In this document: in pieces, positions 28,542-38,151 of the stretch
Position numbering within the stretch: position 1 is the first letter of the stretch
Layout: each line of letters begins with the position of its first letter
From: an uncultured Verrucomicrobiae bacterium
GTDB taxonomy: Bacteria > Verrucomicrobiota > Verrucomicrobiia > Chthoniobacterales > JACTMZ01
DNA length: 64,000 nt
Reading direction: 5' to 3'
Assembly: GCA_963776165.1 (NCBI GenBank)
Contig: CAVZLI010000001.1
Location: 2,390 to 66,389, forward strand
The notes under the pieces: model-generated
The model's input: only the letters and a program-made list of their open reading frames with translations
Told to the model about the DNA's origin: nothing
Databases searched by the model: none
Position numbers and translations under genes: made by a program

Positions 28542-29342
28542 ATGAGCGATTCTGGAAGTTTCAGCAGCGACAAAGAAGAGAAGCAGAGCCCGCCAAATGG
28601 CAGGATGGCGTTGATTGGAGCAGTCATCGTTTTCGCCGTTGTTGGCGTTGTTCTTGCCGCGGTGTTCCTCCGCCCCGGCAAACCTGAGGCTTCCTCTCAG
28701 GCAACCGCCGCAGTTGGCGCTGCGGTTTCGCCGGCGATCACCGTCAATGCGGAGCCTCGGCAGTCTGTCTCGGGAAGGGACGTTCAACCCGCGCCGTCCG
28801 TCGTCGTGACCGATGCGCAGGGGAGCCCGGTAGCTGGGCTCACCGTCACCGTCGCCTTGCAACCGGGAACCTTCGCAACGGGAAGCGTTGCGCAAGCCAT
28901 CACCGATGCCGAGGGGAAGGCAGTTTTCGAAAATCTCAAGGTCGAGAAAGCCGGGGCCTACCGTTTGGCATTTTCGGCCAGCGGATATCCGCCTGCGCAG
29001 AGCGCGGAGTTTGTTGTGCGCTTCGGAATTCCCCGCGTGCTCACCATTGTCAGCGAACCACAAAGCGGATTGGCCGGAGCTCCTGTCCCAGGCGACCCCG
29101 CCGTCCGTGTCACCGATGAGAGCGGTAACCCCGTGCCGGGCATCAACGTCGATCTGCTTCTCGAGGCAGCGGACTCCGCTGGTCGCAAACTTGCCACCGT
29201 GCCGAGCGATGCCTCGGGAATGGCCGTCTTCCGCGACATTGTCATAACCGCCCCCGGCACCGATTACCGGCTGAAATTCGACGCGCGCGCCGCCGGGGTC
29301 AACGACGCCGTCTCCAGCCCCTTCAATCTCACCAATAGTTAA
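28542..29342 (+). CDS. Membrane-anchored protein with two Ig-like modules of the same type as the downstream adhesin
   Basis: The ATG at 28542 is followed by a TM anchor (MALIGAVIVFAVVGVVLAAVFL). Two modules follow: RQSVSGRDVQPAPSVVVTDAQGSPVAGLTVTV.. and SEPQSGLAGAPVPGDPAVRVTDESGNPVPGINV... Confidence 0.7.
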   Translation: MSDSGSFSSDKEEKQSPPNGRMALIGAVIVFAVVGVVLAAVFLRPGKPEASSQATAAVGAAVSPAITVNAEPRQSVSGRDVQPAPSVVVTDAQGSPVAGLTVTVALQPGTFATGSVAQAITDAEGKAVFENLKVEKAGAYRLAFSASGYPPAQSAEFVVRFGIPRVLTIVSEPQSGLAGAPVPGDPAVRVTDESGNPVPGINVDLLLEAADSAGRKLATVPSDASGMAVFRDIVITAPGTDYRLKFDARAAGVNDAVSSPFNLTNS

Positions 29343-29428
29343 CTCTCGCTCACGCCGCCATGCCTCCCCAAACCCGAAGCCCCCGAGCACCGAAGAAAGG
29401 AAGCCGCTGACCGCGGCCCGTCAAAGCC

Positions 29429-31702
29429 ATGAAAAGTCGTCCCCGTTCCACCTCAGTTGCGAAGCTCTCTCGGCTCGCTTTCGCCGCCCTTGTGATCTCC
29501 CTGCCTTCCATGGCCGGTGCCCAGACTCCTAATAGCGTAACTATCCTCACTCAGCCGGAACAGACGGTGGCCGGTCAAAACATCAAGCCAGCCGCCGTGG
29601 CTCCGCGCCCTGGTGGTCCCGGCGTCGAGGTCCGTGACACCCTCAACAACCCTCTCCCCGGGGCCAGCGTCACGGTCAGCTTGAACGGTGGCTCATTTGC
29701 CAGCGGCACCACGACAGTGGTCACGGGCGCTGATGGCACTGCATACTTTTCCGATTTGAAAATCAACACGGCGGCTTCAGCATACACGCTGACATTCACC
29801 GCGGGAGCGGCCACAGCGGACTCCGACGAGTTCCCTGTTGTGCCCGCGCCCCCCGCTAGTGCTGTTGTCACGGTGCAACCCGAGACGACCGTTTATGGCA
29901 GCCCGCTGAGCGGCACTTCAGCGCCAACTGTCACGCTTTACGACGCCTTCAATAACCCGGTGCGTCAGGGTTTTAACATCACGGCATCACTCAACGGCGG
30001 GACATTTAAAACAGGAAGCACCTTGACCGTGGCCACAGACGTCAATGGCGTGGCTGTCTTTTCCAATTTGGTGCCCAATGCCGTGGGCAGCGGCTACAGC
30101 ATTACTTTCAATCCTGCGCCGGCTGGCGTGGCTGACGAGAACTCGGGAACTTTTGATGTTACGGCTCTCCAACTCACGATCGGCGGAACCTTGACCGCAG
30201 CCAACAAAGCCTACGATGGCACAACCAGCGCAACTATCGGTGTTGACGGTCTAACGCTGCAGACGCCGGTAAGTGGGGATGTCGTTGCGCTCTCCTCGGT
30301 CACCGGCACTTTTGCCCAAGCCGACGCTGGCACGGGCATCCTTGTCAGTCTCTCGGCACCCGTGCTTGGCGGAGCCGACGCCGGCAACTACGCGGTCACG
30401 GCAACGGGGGCGCCGACGGCCACGGCTAACATCACCAAAGCGCCTCTGACGATCACGGGCGCCTTTACCGCAGAGGACAAAACCTACGACGCAACAACAG
30501 CGGCCACCATTGTCGTGCCCAACACCCTGGGTCTCGACGGCGTTGTGGGGTCCGAGGACGTTACGCTCAACGCCGTAGCGAACTTCTCGCAATCTGCGGT
30601 CGGGACGGACCTCGAAGTCAGTCTCTCCGCTTCCAACATCAGCGGCACGGCCAACTTGGCCAACTACAGCTTCTCCACCGTCGGTGCGCCGACCACCACG
30701 GCCGACATCACCAAGGCCACATTGACCATCGGTGGCAGCTTCACCGCGAGCAACAAGGTTTACGACGGAACCACGGCGGCGACCATCGCCACGGACAGCC
30801 TGAGCCTCGTCGGTGTGATCGGCTCCGATGATGTTACCCTGAATAAGACGGCCAACTTCGAGCAGTCGGATATCGGCAACGGTCTTGACGTCAATCTGCT
30901 CTCCTCGACGCTCGGCGGCACGGCGGCCGGGAACTACACACTCTCGTTCACCGCGGCCCCGGTGACCACGGCCAACATCACCGCGAAGACGTTGACCATC
31001 ACCGGTGTCTTCACCGTGGAGAATAAGACCTATGACGGCACCACGGCGGCGACCTTCGAATCGGAGGATCTCGAACTCGACGGTTTGGTGGGCACCGAGA
31101 CGGTCACCTTCAACAAGGTCGCCACCTTCTCCCAAGCCGCTCCGGGCACCAACCTGCCGGTCAACCTCGACAGTTCCACCATCAGCGGTCCGGCGGCCGC
31201 GAACTACGAACTCAGCTTCGCGGGCGCGCCAACCACCACGGCGGATATCGCGGCGCGGCTGGTGACGATCCGCGGCAGCTTCACCGCGGCCGACAAAGCC
31301 TACGACGGCACCACGGCCGCCACCATCACCGGGAACTCCCTCACACTCGAGGGCTTGGCACCGGGTGACACCACCACAACGCTTACCGCGGTGGCGAACT
31401 TCTCGCAGTCCGGGGTGGGCAATGATCTGACGGTCAGCCTCCTCGACTCGACCCTCAGCGGTCTCGCAGCCGGCTCCTATACGCTGTCCTTCAGCGGCGC
31501 TCCCACCACCACAGCCGACATCACGCCCCAGGAACTGACCGTGGGCGGCGGTTTCACGGCCAACGACAAGGTTTATGACGGCAACACCGATGCCACCTTC
31601 GCGACCGACAATCTGCAACTCGTCGGCGTGGTTTCCGGCGATGAGGTCACCCTCATCGATAAACAAATCGATTTTGCACACGAAGAAAGTGGGCACGCAT
31701 GA
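29429..31702 (+). CDS. Giant adhesin, segment 1 (signal peptide, Ig-like modules, MBG/YDG-type repeats)
   Basis: Signal peptide ..LVISLPSMAGAQ, then Ig-like modules (QPEQTVAGQNIKPAAV..VEVRDTLNNPLPG), then repeats ..LTI.G.FTA.NK.YDGTTAAT...GAPTTTADIT. The native frame is left at 31682. Confidence 0.85.
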   Translation: MKSRPRSTSVAKLSRLAFAALVISLPSMAGAQTPNSVTILTQPEQTVAGQNIKPAAVAPRPGGPGVEVRDTLNNPLPGASVTVSLNGGSFASGTTTVVTGADGTAYFSDLKINTAASAYTLTFTAGAATADSDEFPVVPAPPASAVVTVQPETTVYGSPLSGTSAPTVTLYDAFNNPVRQGFNITASLNGGTFKTGSTLTVATDVNGVAVFSNLVPNAVGSGYSITFNPAPAGVADENSGTFDVTALQLTIGGTLTAANKAYDGTTSATIGVDGLTLQTPVSGDVVALSSVTGTFAQADAGTGILVSLSAPVLGGADAGNYAVTATGAPTATANITKAPLTITGAFTAEDKTYDATTAATIVVPNTLGLDGVVGSEDVTLNAVANFSQSAVGTDLEVSLSASNISGTANLANYSFSTVGAPTTTADITKATLTIGGSFTASNKVYDGTTAATIATDSLSLVGVIGSDDVTLNKTANFEQSDIGNGLDVNLLSSTLGGTAAGNYTLSFTAAPVTTANITAKTLTITGVFTVENKTYDGTTAATFESEDLELDGLVGTETVTFNKVATFSQAAPGTNLPVNLDSSTISGPAAANYELSFAGAPTTTADIAARLVTIRGSFTAADKAYDGTTAATITGNSLTLEGLAPGDTTTTLTAVANFSQSGVGNDLTVSLLDSTLSGLAAGSYTLSFSGAPTTTADITPQELTVGGGFTANDKVYDGNTDATFATDNLQLVGVVSGDEVTLIDKQIDFAHEESGHA

Positions 31703-32345
31703 GGTGTCTCTGACGGCGGCCGACTTGGGCGGTGCTGACGAGGCGAACTACTCTCTTTCTCTGACCGGCGCGCCGACCACCACAGCGGAGATCACCGCGT
31801 TGGAATTGACGATCGGCGGCAGCTTCACCGCGCAGAACAAGGCTTACGATGGCACCACCGCGGCGACGATCGATGAAAATAACCTGACCCTCCTCACCCC
31901 GGTCACCGGAGATGATGTGCAACTCACCGGCGTCACGGCTGCCTTCGAGCAAGCCAGCGTCGGAACCGGTATCGAAGTCTCGATCACGGGGGCCAGCCTC
32001 ACCGGTGACGACTCGGGGAACTACACGGTTACCATCGTTGGCGCTCCGACGACCACGGCAGACATCACCGCCTTGGAACTAACGATTGGCGGGACTTTCA
32101 CAGCCGAAGACAAAGTCTATGACGGCACCACGGCGGCAACCATCAACGCTGTCGGTTTGACTCTTCAAGGCACGATTATTGCGCCCGGCAGCGTCACCCT
32201 CAACGCCGTGGGGACTTTCGCGAAATCCGATGTCGGCACGGATATCGTGGTCAATCTCAAGGCCTCGACCCTCACGGGAGCCGCGGCCGGCAACTACACG
32301 CTGGATACCAGCAGCGCCCCCACCACGACCGCGGACATCACGTCG
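30160..32345 (+). repeat. In-frame tandem array of 8-9 MBG/YDG-type repeats (~95 codons, ~285 bp period)
   Basis: Recurrent ..GAPTTTADIT(K/A)..LTI(G/T)G.FTA.(N/D)K.YDGTTAATI.. blocks are delimited by GAPTATANIT, GAPTTTADIT x4, AAPVTTANIT, GAPTTTAEIT and SAPTTTADIT. Confidence 0.85.
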
Positions 32346-33026
32346 AAAGACCTCACGATCGAAGTCGGTGATTCGTCCGTTGAAGCCGGTCAGACCGTTG
32401 CCGATTTGAACCCGACGCCGAGCGTCTCCATGACCGGCTTGGTGCCCGCCGATAGCGAGGCGGATGTCACCGGAACGCCTGTCGTTTACACCTCCGTGGT
32501 TCTGCCCGACGAGACAACAGCCGGCGTCTACCCGGACGACTTGGGTGTCGAGACCAATGGAGCCAAGGCCAGCAACTACAACATCACGCAAGACAAGGGC
32601 ACTCTGACCATTACGGCAGCCGCCGCCGACTCGATCACTATTACATCCGAGCCGGTCACGACCACCGCGGGCGAGATTCTTCAAGGTTTGTCGGGTGCGC
32701 CAGCCGTTGAGGTGACTGATGCCTACGGCAATGATGTCGAGGGCTTCCAGGTTTCTGTCGCGCTGAGCCGTGATAGTCTTCGCCAAAGGCGCCACAACGG
32801 TGGAGACCAACAACGATGGCGTGGCCAGCTTCGGGGATCTCCTCATCGAAAAGTCGGGCACCGCCTACTACCTTACTTTCTCGGGTGCCGGAGTTCCTTC
32901 GGTGAATTCCGCGGAATTCAGCATCATCGCGGCCGCAGCCCGCGGCTTGACCGTTGTCGAGCAACCGACCGACCGCCAAGCTGGCCAGGAATTCATTCCG
33001 GCCCCGGCGGTGCAACTCACCGATGA
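31575..33026 (+). CDS. Giant adhesin, segment 2 (meaningful coding 31683-32777)
   Basis: From 31683 this frame continues the repeat (KKVGTHEVSLTAADLGGADEANYSL..). The first 36 and last ~80 codons of the listed ORF are out-of-frame read-through. Confidence 0.8.
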   Translation: MTATPMPPSRPTICNSSAWFPAMRSPSSINKSILHTKKVGTHEVSLTAADLGGADEANYSLSLTGAPTTTAEITALELTIGGSFTAQNKAYDGTTAATIDENNLTLLTPVTGDDVQLTGVTAAFEQASVGTGIEVSITGASLTGDDSGNYTVTIVGAPTTTADITALELTIGGTFTAEDKVYDGTTAATINAVGLTLQGTIIAPGSVTLNAVGTFAKSDVGTDIVVNLKASTLTGAAAGNYTLDTSSAPTTTADITSKDLTIEVGDSSVEAGQTVADLNPTPSVSMTGLVPADSEADVTGTPVVYTSVVLPDETTAGVYPDDLGVETNGAKASNYNITQDKGTLTITAAAADSITITSEPVTTTAGEILQGLSGAPAVEVTDAYGNDVEGFQVSVALSRDSLRQRRHNGGDQQRWRGQLRGSPHRKVGHRLLPYFLGCRSSFGEFRGIQHHRGRSPRLDRCRATDRPPSWPGIHSGPGGATHR

Positions 33027-36000
33027 ATTCGGCAATCCGGTCCTCGTCGGACCCTACAACATCACGGCCTCTCTCCAACCGGTCGCCACGATCATTGGAC
33101 CGACCACCCAAAGCACCAGCAGCATCGACGGTATCGCCACCTTCGCGGGCATGTCGGTGCGCAAGGCGGGTGTGTACACGATGAAGTTCACGCCGCTCGC
33201 CGCCGGAGTCAGCGCGGCCACCTCCGCGTCCTTCACCGTTTCGGCCCAGCTTTCCTCGGCCAGCATCAGTCTGACCACGCAACCGGGCAACACGGTGGCC
33301 GGCGAGGCGATCAATCCCGCGCCGGTGGCCTTGGTGCAGGACCAATACCTCAACCCCGTGCCGGGCTACCTCATCACGGCGGTGCTCAATGGCGGCAGCT
33401 TTGCTCCGGCCGCGACCGCCACTGCCACGACGGGTGCGGATGGTTCGGCCAGCTTCGGCAATTTGCTCATCAACACGGCCAAGACGGATTACACGATCGA
33501 CTTCAGCTTTGCCCAAGCTTCCCCTTACGGAACAACGAGCGTGACTTCCGACGCGTTTGACGTAACCCACGCGTCGCTCGCCAAGTTCGCCTTCAACACG
33601 CTCGGCAACCAGACCGCCGGCGTGAGCTTCGATCTCGCCATCACGGCGCAGGATGAATTCGGGAACACCGTGAGCGCGTTCAACGCCCCGGTGAACCTCT
33701 CGCTCAACCAGAATACCTTCGCTGCGGGCGGGGGCGCGACCGGCAACTTCACCAACGGCGTCTTGGCGTCCCACGCGGTCACCATCAATACCGCGGCCAC
33801 CGGCTACGAGATCACTGCCACGTCCGGCGCCATCAACGGCACATCCAATGCTTTCGATGTTAACCCGGCGGCGGCCGCCAGCCTCACGCTCTCCGGACCC
33901 TCCACCGTGGTGGCCGGCGCGACCAGCACGGACTTTACGCTGACCGTGAAAGACGCGCTCGGGAACACCGCCCCGGTCAACGCGGAGACGACCTTCGCGC
34001 TGACGACGAGCCGCGAAGCCGGATCGGCGACGTTCACGCCGACCAGCTTGGTGGTTCCCAGCGGGGCCAGCAGCGGCACCTTCACCTACAGCAACACCCA
34101 AGTCGGTGCAGGCAGCCATGTGCTGACGGCCAGCTTTGCCTCCGGTGATGCGGGACTGACGGGCGAGAGCGCCCAAGCCACCATCACGGTGACGCCGGCC
34201 CCGGCGGCGGCGCTTTCCATCGTCACGCAGCCTTCGGCCACGGCGGCGGCGGGCGAGGCGTTCAGCCAGCAACCCGTCGTCCGGGTGCTCGACCAATACG
34301 GCAACAATGTCCTGCAAGCCGGCGTTGCGGTCTCCGCCGCAATCGCCAGCGGGGATCCGGCGCTCATCGGAACCGCCACGGTGAACACCGATGCGAGCGG
34401 CATCGCTACCTTCACCAATCTGGGCATCGGTGGCGTCACCGGATCGCGGACGCTCGTATTCTCCGCCGCTGGTCTGACCAGCGCGACTTCCTCCGCGATC
34501 GCCGTCTCCGAGGGTGAGCCGGGTGAACTGACCGTCGTTACCGAGCCCAGCCAAACCAAGGCGGGCGAGGCGATCAATCCGGCCCCGTCGGTGCGCCTGA
34601 CCGACGCTTATGGCAACATCTTGGTCGGACAAACCGTGCAAGTGGCCCTGACACCCGGCAGTGCGGGCTCCTTTGTGGGCAGCACGACCACCGCGGTAAC
34701 CGATGCCGCGGGCGTGGCCACGTTCGTCAACCTGAAGATCGATACGGCCTACTCGCCATACCAGCTTGAGTTCAGCATCGGCTCGGCGAGCGTTATGTCC
34801 CGTCAGTTTGCGGTGATCGGCGGCACGGCGACCCGCATTGAAATGGTCGACCAGCCGCCGACCGGCACGGCCGGCAAGGCCCTGGATCCCGCTCCCGCAG
34901 TCAAGGCCTTTGACCAGTTCGGCAACGTCGTGGGCGATATCCGAGTGGTTGTCACTCTCAACGGTGGAAGCTTTGCGACTGATAGCGTGACGGAGTTGCG
35001 CACTGGCGTTGACGGCGTTGCCAGCTTCACAGTCCTTCAGATCAACACGGCAAAGGCCGGTTACACGCTGACCTTCAATACCTTCGTGGCCGGAAATCCG
35101 TCGGTCACTTCGGACGCTTTCGAGGTCAAGCCGGACTATGACAACAATGTCAGTATGACTGTGACCACCCAACCGGGCACCACGACGGCTGGTAACGCCG
35201 TCTCAGGTCCTCCCACGGTCACGGTTGAGGACCAGTTCGGCAACTATATCTCGCACAAGGACATTTCCGTCACTCTGAATACCGGTTCCTTCGCCGATGG
35301 CAGCACTACAACGGTCAAGACGAACGCATCCGGCGTCGCCGCTTTCAGCAATCTGCGGGTCAACGCGGCGGGAAGCTACACGTTGACCTTCAGCCTTGTC
35401 GGGCACGCGGCTCAGGCCACATCCGGCTCCTTCACGGTGAACCCGGCGGAAGCCGCCAAGTTGGTCATGGTCACCCAGCCGTCCGCCACGGCCTCGGCTG
35501 GTGTTGCCTTCGCGCAACAGCCGGCCGTGCGACTCCAAGACAACTTCGGCAACAATGTGAGTCTTTCCGGTCGGACCATTACCGCTTCGGTGGCCACCGG
35601 CGATGGAACCCTCGCCGGAACTCTCACGGCAACCAGCAGCGCAAGCGGGTTGGCGACGTTCACCGACCTCCGCATCGATGGTGCGACTGGAGAGCGGACT
35701 TTGCGCTTCAGTTCGCCTGACCTGGCCTCCGTTGACTCGCAGGTAGTCGTTGTCGGACCCGGAAGTGCCGCTGGCTTGAGCATCACGCGGCAACCGATTC
35801 AGACCGTCGCCGGTGAGGCTATCCTCGGAGCAGCCGACCAAGCGCTCGCCGTTCGGGTAACCGACGACTTCGGGAACGATGTGCCCGGAGTCAGTGTCAC
35901 GCCCCAACCCATCGGGTTCTTCTTCGCGGGACCCGCGATGCCGGTTGTCACGGACTCCGCCGGTCTGGCCACGTTCGACACCCTCTCAACCACGGAAGCG

Positions 36001-36975
36001 GGTGTGAGCTACATGATCGCATTCAACGCCGGCGCCCTTTCGGTAACGTCCGCGGAATTCAACGTGGTGCCCGCCACCCCGGCGAGCCTTCTAGTGCTGC
36101 AACAGCCGTTCAGCGGAGTTGTCGACGCGCCGCTGCGTCCTGCGCCAAAGGTTCAACTGACCGACCGGTTCGGGAACCCGACTACCTCCACGACGCCTTA
36201 CAACATCGGCGTGACGATCACCAATTCGTCCTTCACCGCCGGCAGCAGCACAAGGGTCATGACAGCAGACGACGGCACCGCCGCCTTCGACAACCTCGTG
36301 CCCGCTGACGAGGCGACTGCCGCGGTGCTGAAATTCGACATCGACGGCACCCCAGTTGCCAGCTCGGCCGCGTTCGACATCCTCGGCAGTGGCCAAGATC
36401 CCGAAGCAGTTGCATTCATATTGCTCGAGGGGTCGCAGGAGGATCTCTTGGCCGGGGAGGAGAGGATGTTCACGGCTACCTTGCTCAATGCAGCAGGCGA
36501 TCCCGTAACGTCCGGTCCCGCCAGCACCGCCTCTGTGAACTTCAGCCAGCTTGAGGGAACCGGAGGCACCCTTGACGGGCTTGGCGCAGCAATTGCGGTC
36601 GGTGGCGTGGCTGAAGTCGCTGTGCGAGGAGCGGAGCCCGGTGAAGTCGTTGTCTTTGCTGCTTACAATGGATTCGAAAGCGATCCGCTCGAGTTCACTG
36701 TGATAGGGGTCGAGGCGAGAATTATTCGTCTGGAGTCCACGGCAGGTGCTCCCGCTGCGAGGACGGCGGCGACTGCCTATGCCACATTCGAGTTGACCTT
36801 CGAGGTTACGCCGGGTGCCAACTATGAGGTGCAGCACCTCGACGCGATCAACTCGTCCTGGCAGACAGTCCTCAGCGGCACGTCCGACGCAGCCGAACTG
36901 ACGGTCGAACTTCCCGTGAGTCCGGCGCAGCGGCAAGGCTTCTGGCGCGTGCGCGCAGGTCTGCTCTCCGACTAA
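32770..36975 (+). CDS. Giant adhesin, segment 3 (about 14 Ig-like modules plus C-terminal domain)
   Basis: From 32779 (FAKGATTVETNNDGVASFGDL) it continues the module begun in segment 2. Units of the form QP..T.AG..I.PAP.V.L.D.FGN.V recur. The protein ends ..QRQGFWRVRAGLLSD. Confidence 0.9.
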   Translation: MIVFAKGATTVETNNDGVASFGDLLIEKSGTAYYLTFSGAGVPSVNSAEFSIIAAAARGLTVVEQPTDRQAGQEFIPAPAVQLTDEFGNPVLVGPYNITASLQPVATIIGPTTQSTSSIDGIATFAGMSVRKAGVYTMKFTPLAAGVSAATSASFTVSAQLSSASISLTTQPGNTVAGEAINPAPVALVQDQYLNPVPGYLITAVLNGGSFAPAATATATTGADGSASFGNLLINTAKTDYTIDFSFAQASPYGTTSVTSDAFDVTHASLAKFAFNTLGNQTAGVSFDLAITAQDEFGNTVSAFNAPVNLSLNQNTFAAGGGATGNFTNGVLASHAVTINTAATGYEITATSGAINGTSNAFDVNPAAAASLTLSGPSTVVAGATSTDFTLTVKDALGNTAPVNAETTFALTTSREAGSATFTPTSLVVPSGASSGTFTYSNTQVGAGSHVLTASFASGDAGLTGESAQATITVTPAPAAALSIVTQPSATAAAGEAFSQQPVVRVLDQYGNNVLQAGVAVSAAIASGDPALIGTATVNTDASGIATFTNLGIGGVTGSRTLVFSAAGLTSATSSAIAVSEGEPGELTVVTEPSQTKAGEAINPAPSVRLTDAYGNILVGQTVQVALTPGSAGSFVGSTTTAVTDAAGVATFVNLKIDTAYSPYQLEFSIGSASVMSRQFAVIGGTATRIEMVDQPPTGTAGKALDPAPAVKAFDQFGNVVGDIRVVVTLNGGSFATDSVTELRTGVDGVASFTVLQINTAKAGYTLTFNTFVAGNPSVTSDAFEVKPDYDNNVSMTVTTQPGTTTAGNAVSGPPTVTVEDQFGNYISHKDISVTLNTGSFADGSTTTVKTNASGVAAFSNLRVNAAGSYTLTFSLVGHAAQATSGSFTVNPAEAAKLVMVTQPSATASAGVAFAQQPAVRLQDNFGNNVSLSGRTITASVATGDGTLAGTLTATSSASGLATFTDLRIDGATGERTLRFSSPDLASVDSQVVVVGPGSAAGLSITRQPIQTVAGEAILGAADQALAVRVTDDFGNDVPGVSVTPQPIGFFFAGPAMPVVTDSAGLATFDTLSTTEAGVSYMIAFNAGALSVTSAEFNVVPATPASLLVLQQPFSGVVDAPLRPAPKVQLTDRFGNPTTSTTPYNIGVTITNSSFTAGSSTRVMTADDGTAAFDNLVPADEATAAVLKFDIDGTPVASSAAFDILGSGQDPEAVAFILLEGSQEDLLAGEERMFTATLLNAAGDPVTSGPASTASVNFSQLEGTGGTLDGLGAAIAVGGVAEVAVRGAEPGEVVVFAAYNGFESDPLEFTVIGVEARIIRLESTAGAPAARTAATAYATFELTFEVTPGANYEVQHLDAINSSWQTVLSGTSDAAELTVELPVSPAQRQGFWRVRAGLLSD

Positions 36976-37004
36976 GCAAGGACAACGGACACTTGGTCGA
37001 GAAC

Positions 37005-37035
37005 CCCGCCTCAGGCACAAGCGCCCTGAGGCGGG
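37005..37035 (+). terminator. GC-rich hairpin 30 nt after the adhesin stop
   Basis: cccgcctcagg (37005-37015) pairs with cctgaggcggg (37025-37035), giving an 11-bp perfect stem and a 9-nt loop. No clear T-tract follows. Confidence 0.45.
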
Positions 37036-37095
37036 CGATACGCGGCCTGTCCGAAGTGGTGGTTTTGACTGCGAGCTTTGGTACTATTTCCGTCG

Positions 37096-38151
37096 ATGCA
37101 GATTTTCATCAGCGGAGCTTGCGGGTTTGTCGGGTCGGAGTTGGCCCTCGGACTGCGGGCGTTGGGGTTTGAGGTCTCGGGGTGCGATAATTTCAGCCGG
37201 CCGGGGAGTGAGTTGAATCAGGCGCGGCTTGAAGCGGTGGGGGTGGATTTTTGGCGGGGGGATGTGCGCGATGAGAAAGACTTGGAACGCGTGCTGGGGG
37301 TGGATTGGGTGATTGATGCGGCGGCGAATCCGAGCGTGTTGGCCGGGGTGGATGGGAAGACGAGCAGCCGCGAATTGCTGGAGCACAATCTTTGGGGGAC
37401 GGTCAATTTGCTCGAGGTTTGCAAGCGGGAGAGTGCGGGGATGATTCTGCTCAGCACGAGCCGGGTGTATTCGATTCCGGCGCTTTGCGCGTTGCCTGTG
37501 GAGGCAGAGGACGGGGCGTTTGTTTTGCGGGAAGAGTCGGCAGCGGCGGGGCCTGGGGGGGTGAACGAAGATTTCAGCACGGCGGCGCCGGTCAGCCTTT
37601 ACGGGGCGAGCAAGCTGGCCAGCGAGCAGTTGGCCTTGGAATACGGGGCTGCTTTCGGGCTTCCCGTCTGGGTCGATCGCTGCGGGGTCATGGCTGGGGC
37701 GGGGCAGTTCGGCAAACCGGACCAGGGAATCTTCAGCTATTGGATCCATAGCTGGGCACGGAAGGCTCCGCTTAAATACATTGGTTTCGACGGAACCGGG
37801 CACCAAGTGCGTGACTGCCTGCATCCGCGGGATCTGCTGGAGTTGCTCCTCAAACAAATGGTGGCGGGAAACAAGGGGAATGAGAGAATTTTCAACGTAA
37901 GCGGCGGAGCGGCCTCGGCGAGGTCGTTGCGGCAGCTTTCAGATTGGTGTGCGGCGGAGTTCGGTCCGCACGAGGTCGCGGTCGATCTCTCGCCGCGTCC
38001 TTTCGATCTTCCCTGGGTGGTGCTCGACTCGGCGCGGGCGGAGAAGGCGTGGGATTGGCAACCGAAACGGAGTGTGACCGACATTTGCGCGGAGATTGCG
38101 CGTCATGCGCGGGAGCATCCGGAGTGGCTGGCGGTTTCCGCGGGAAAGTGA
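37096..38151 (+). CDS. NAD-dependent epimerase/dehydratase (CDP-paratose 2-epimerase-like)
   Basis: MQIFISGACGFVGSELA (GxxGxxG Rossmann), STSRVY and YGASKLA (the S..YxxxK catalytic pattern). Confidence 0.85.
   Translation: MQIFISGACGFVGSELALGLRALGFEVSGCDNFSRPGSELNQARLEAVGVDFWRGDVRDEKDLERVLGVDWVIDAAANPSVLAGVDGKTSSRELLEHNLWGTVNLLEVCKRESAGMILLSTSRVYSIPALCALPVEAEDGAFVLREESAAAGPGGVNEDFSTAAPVSLYGASKLASEQLALEYGAAFGLPVWVDRCGVMAGAGQFGKPDQGIFSYWIHSWARKAPLKYIGFDGTGHQVRDCLHPRDLLELLLKQMVAGNKGNERIFNVSGGAASARSLRQLSDWCAAEFGPHEVAVDLSPRPFDLPWVVLDSARAEKAWDWQPKRSVTDICAEIARHAREHPEWLAVSAGK

Noticed and set aside
30160-32345. Regular ~285-bp periodicity that could be mistaken for a CRISPR-like or satellite array.
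   Set aside because: The period is in frame and coding (MBG/YDG repeats). There is no repeat-spacer organisation, and the repeats are far longer than CRISPR repeats.
32656-35172. 838-aa minus-strand ORF opposite the adhesin.
   Set aside because: It is antisense to a repeat-structured, motif-supported coding region, and the translation is Arg/Gly-rich with no domain pattern.
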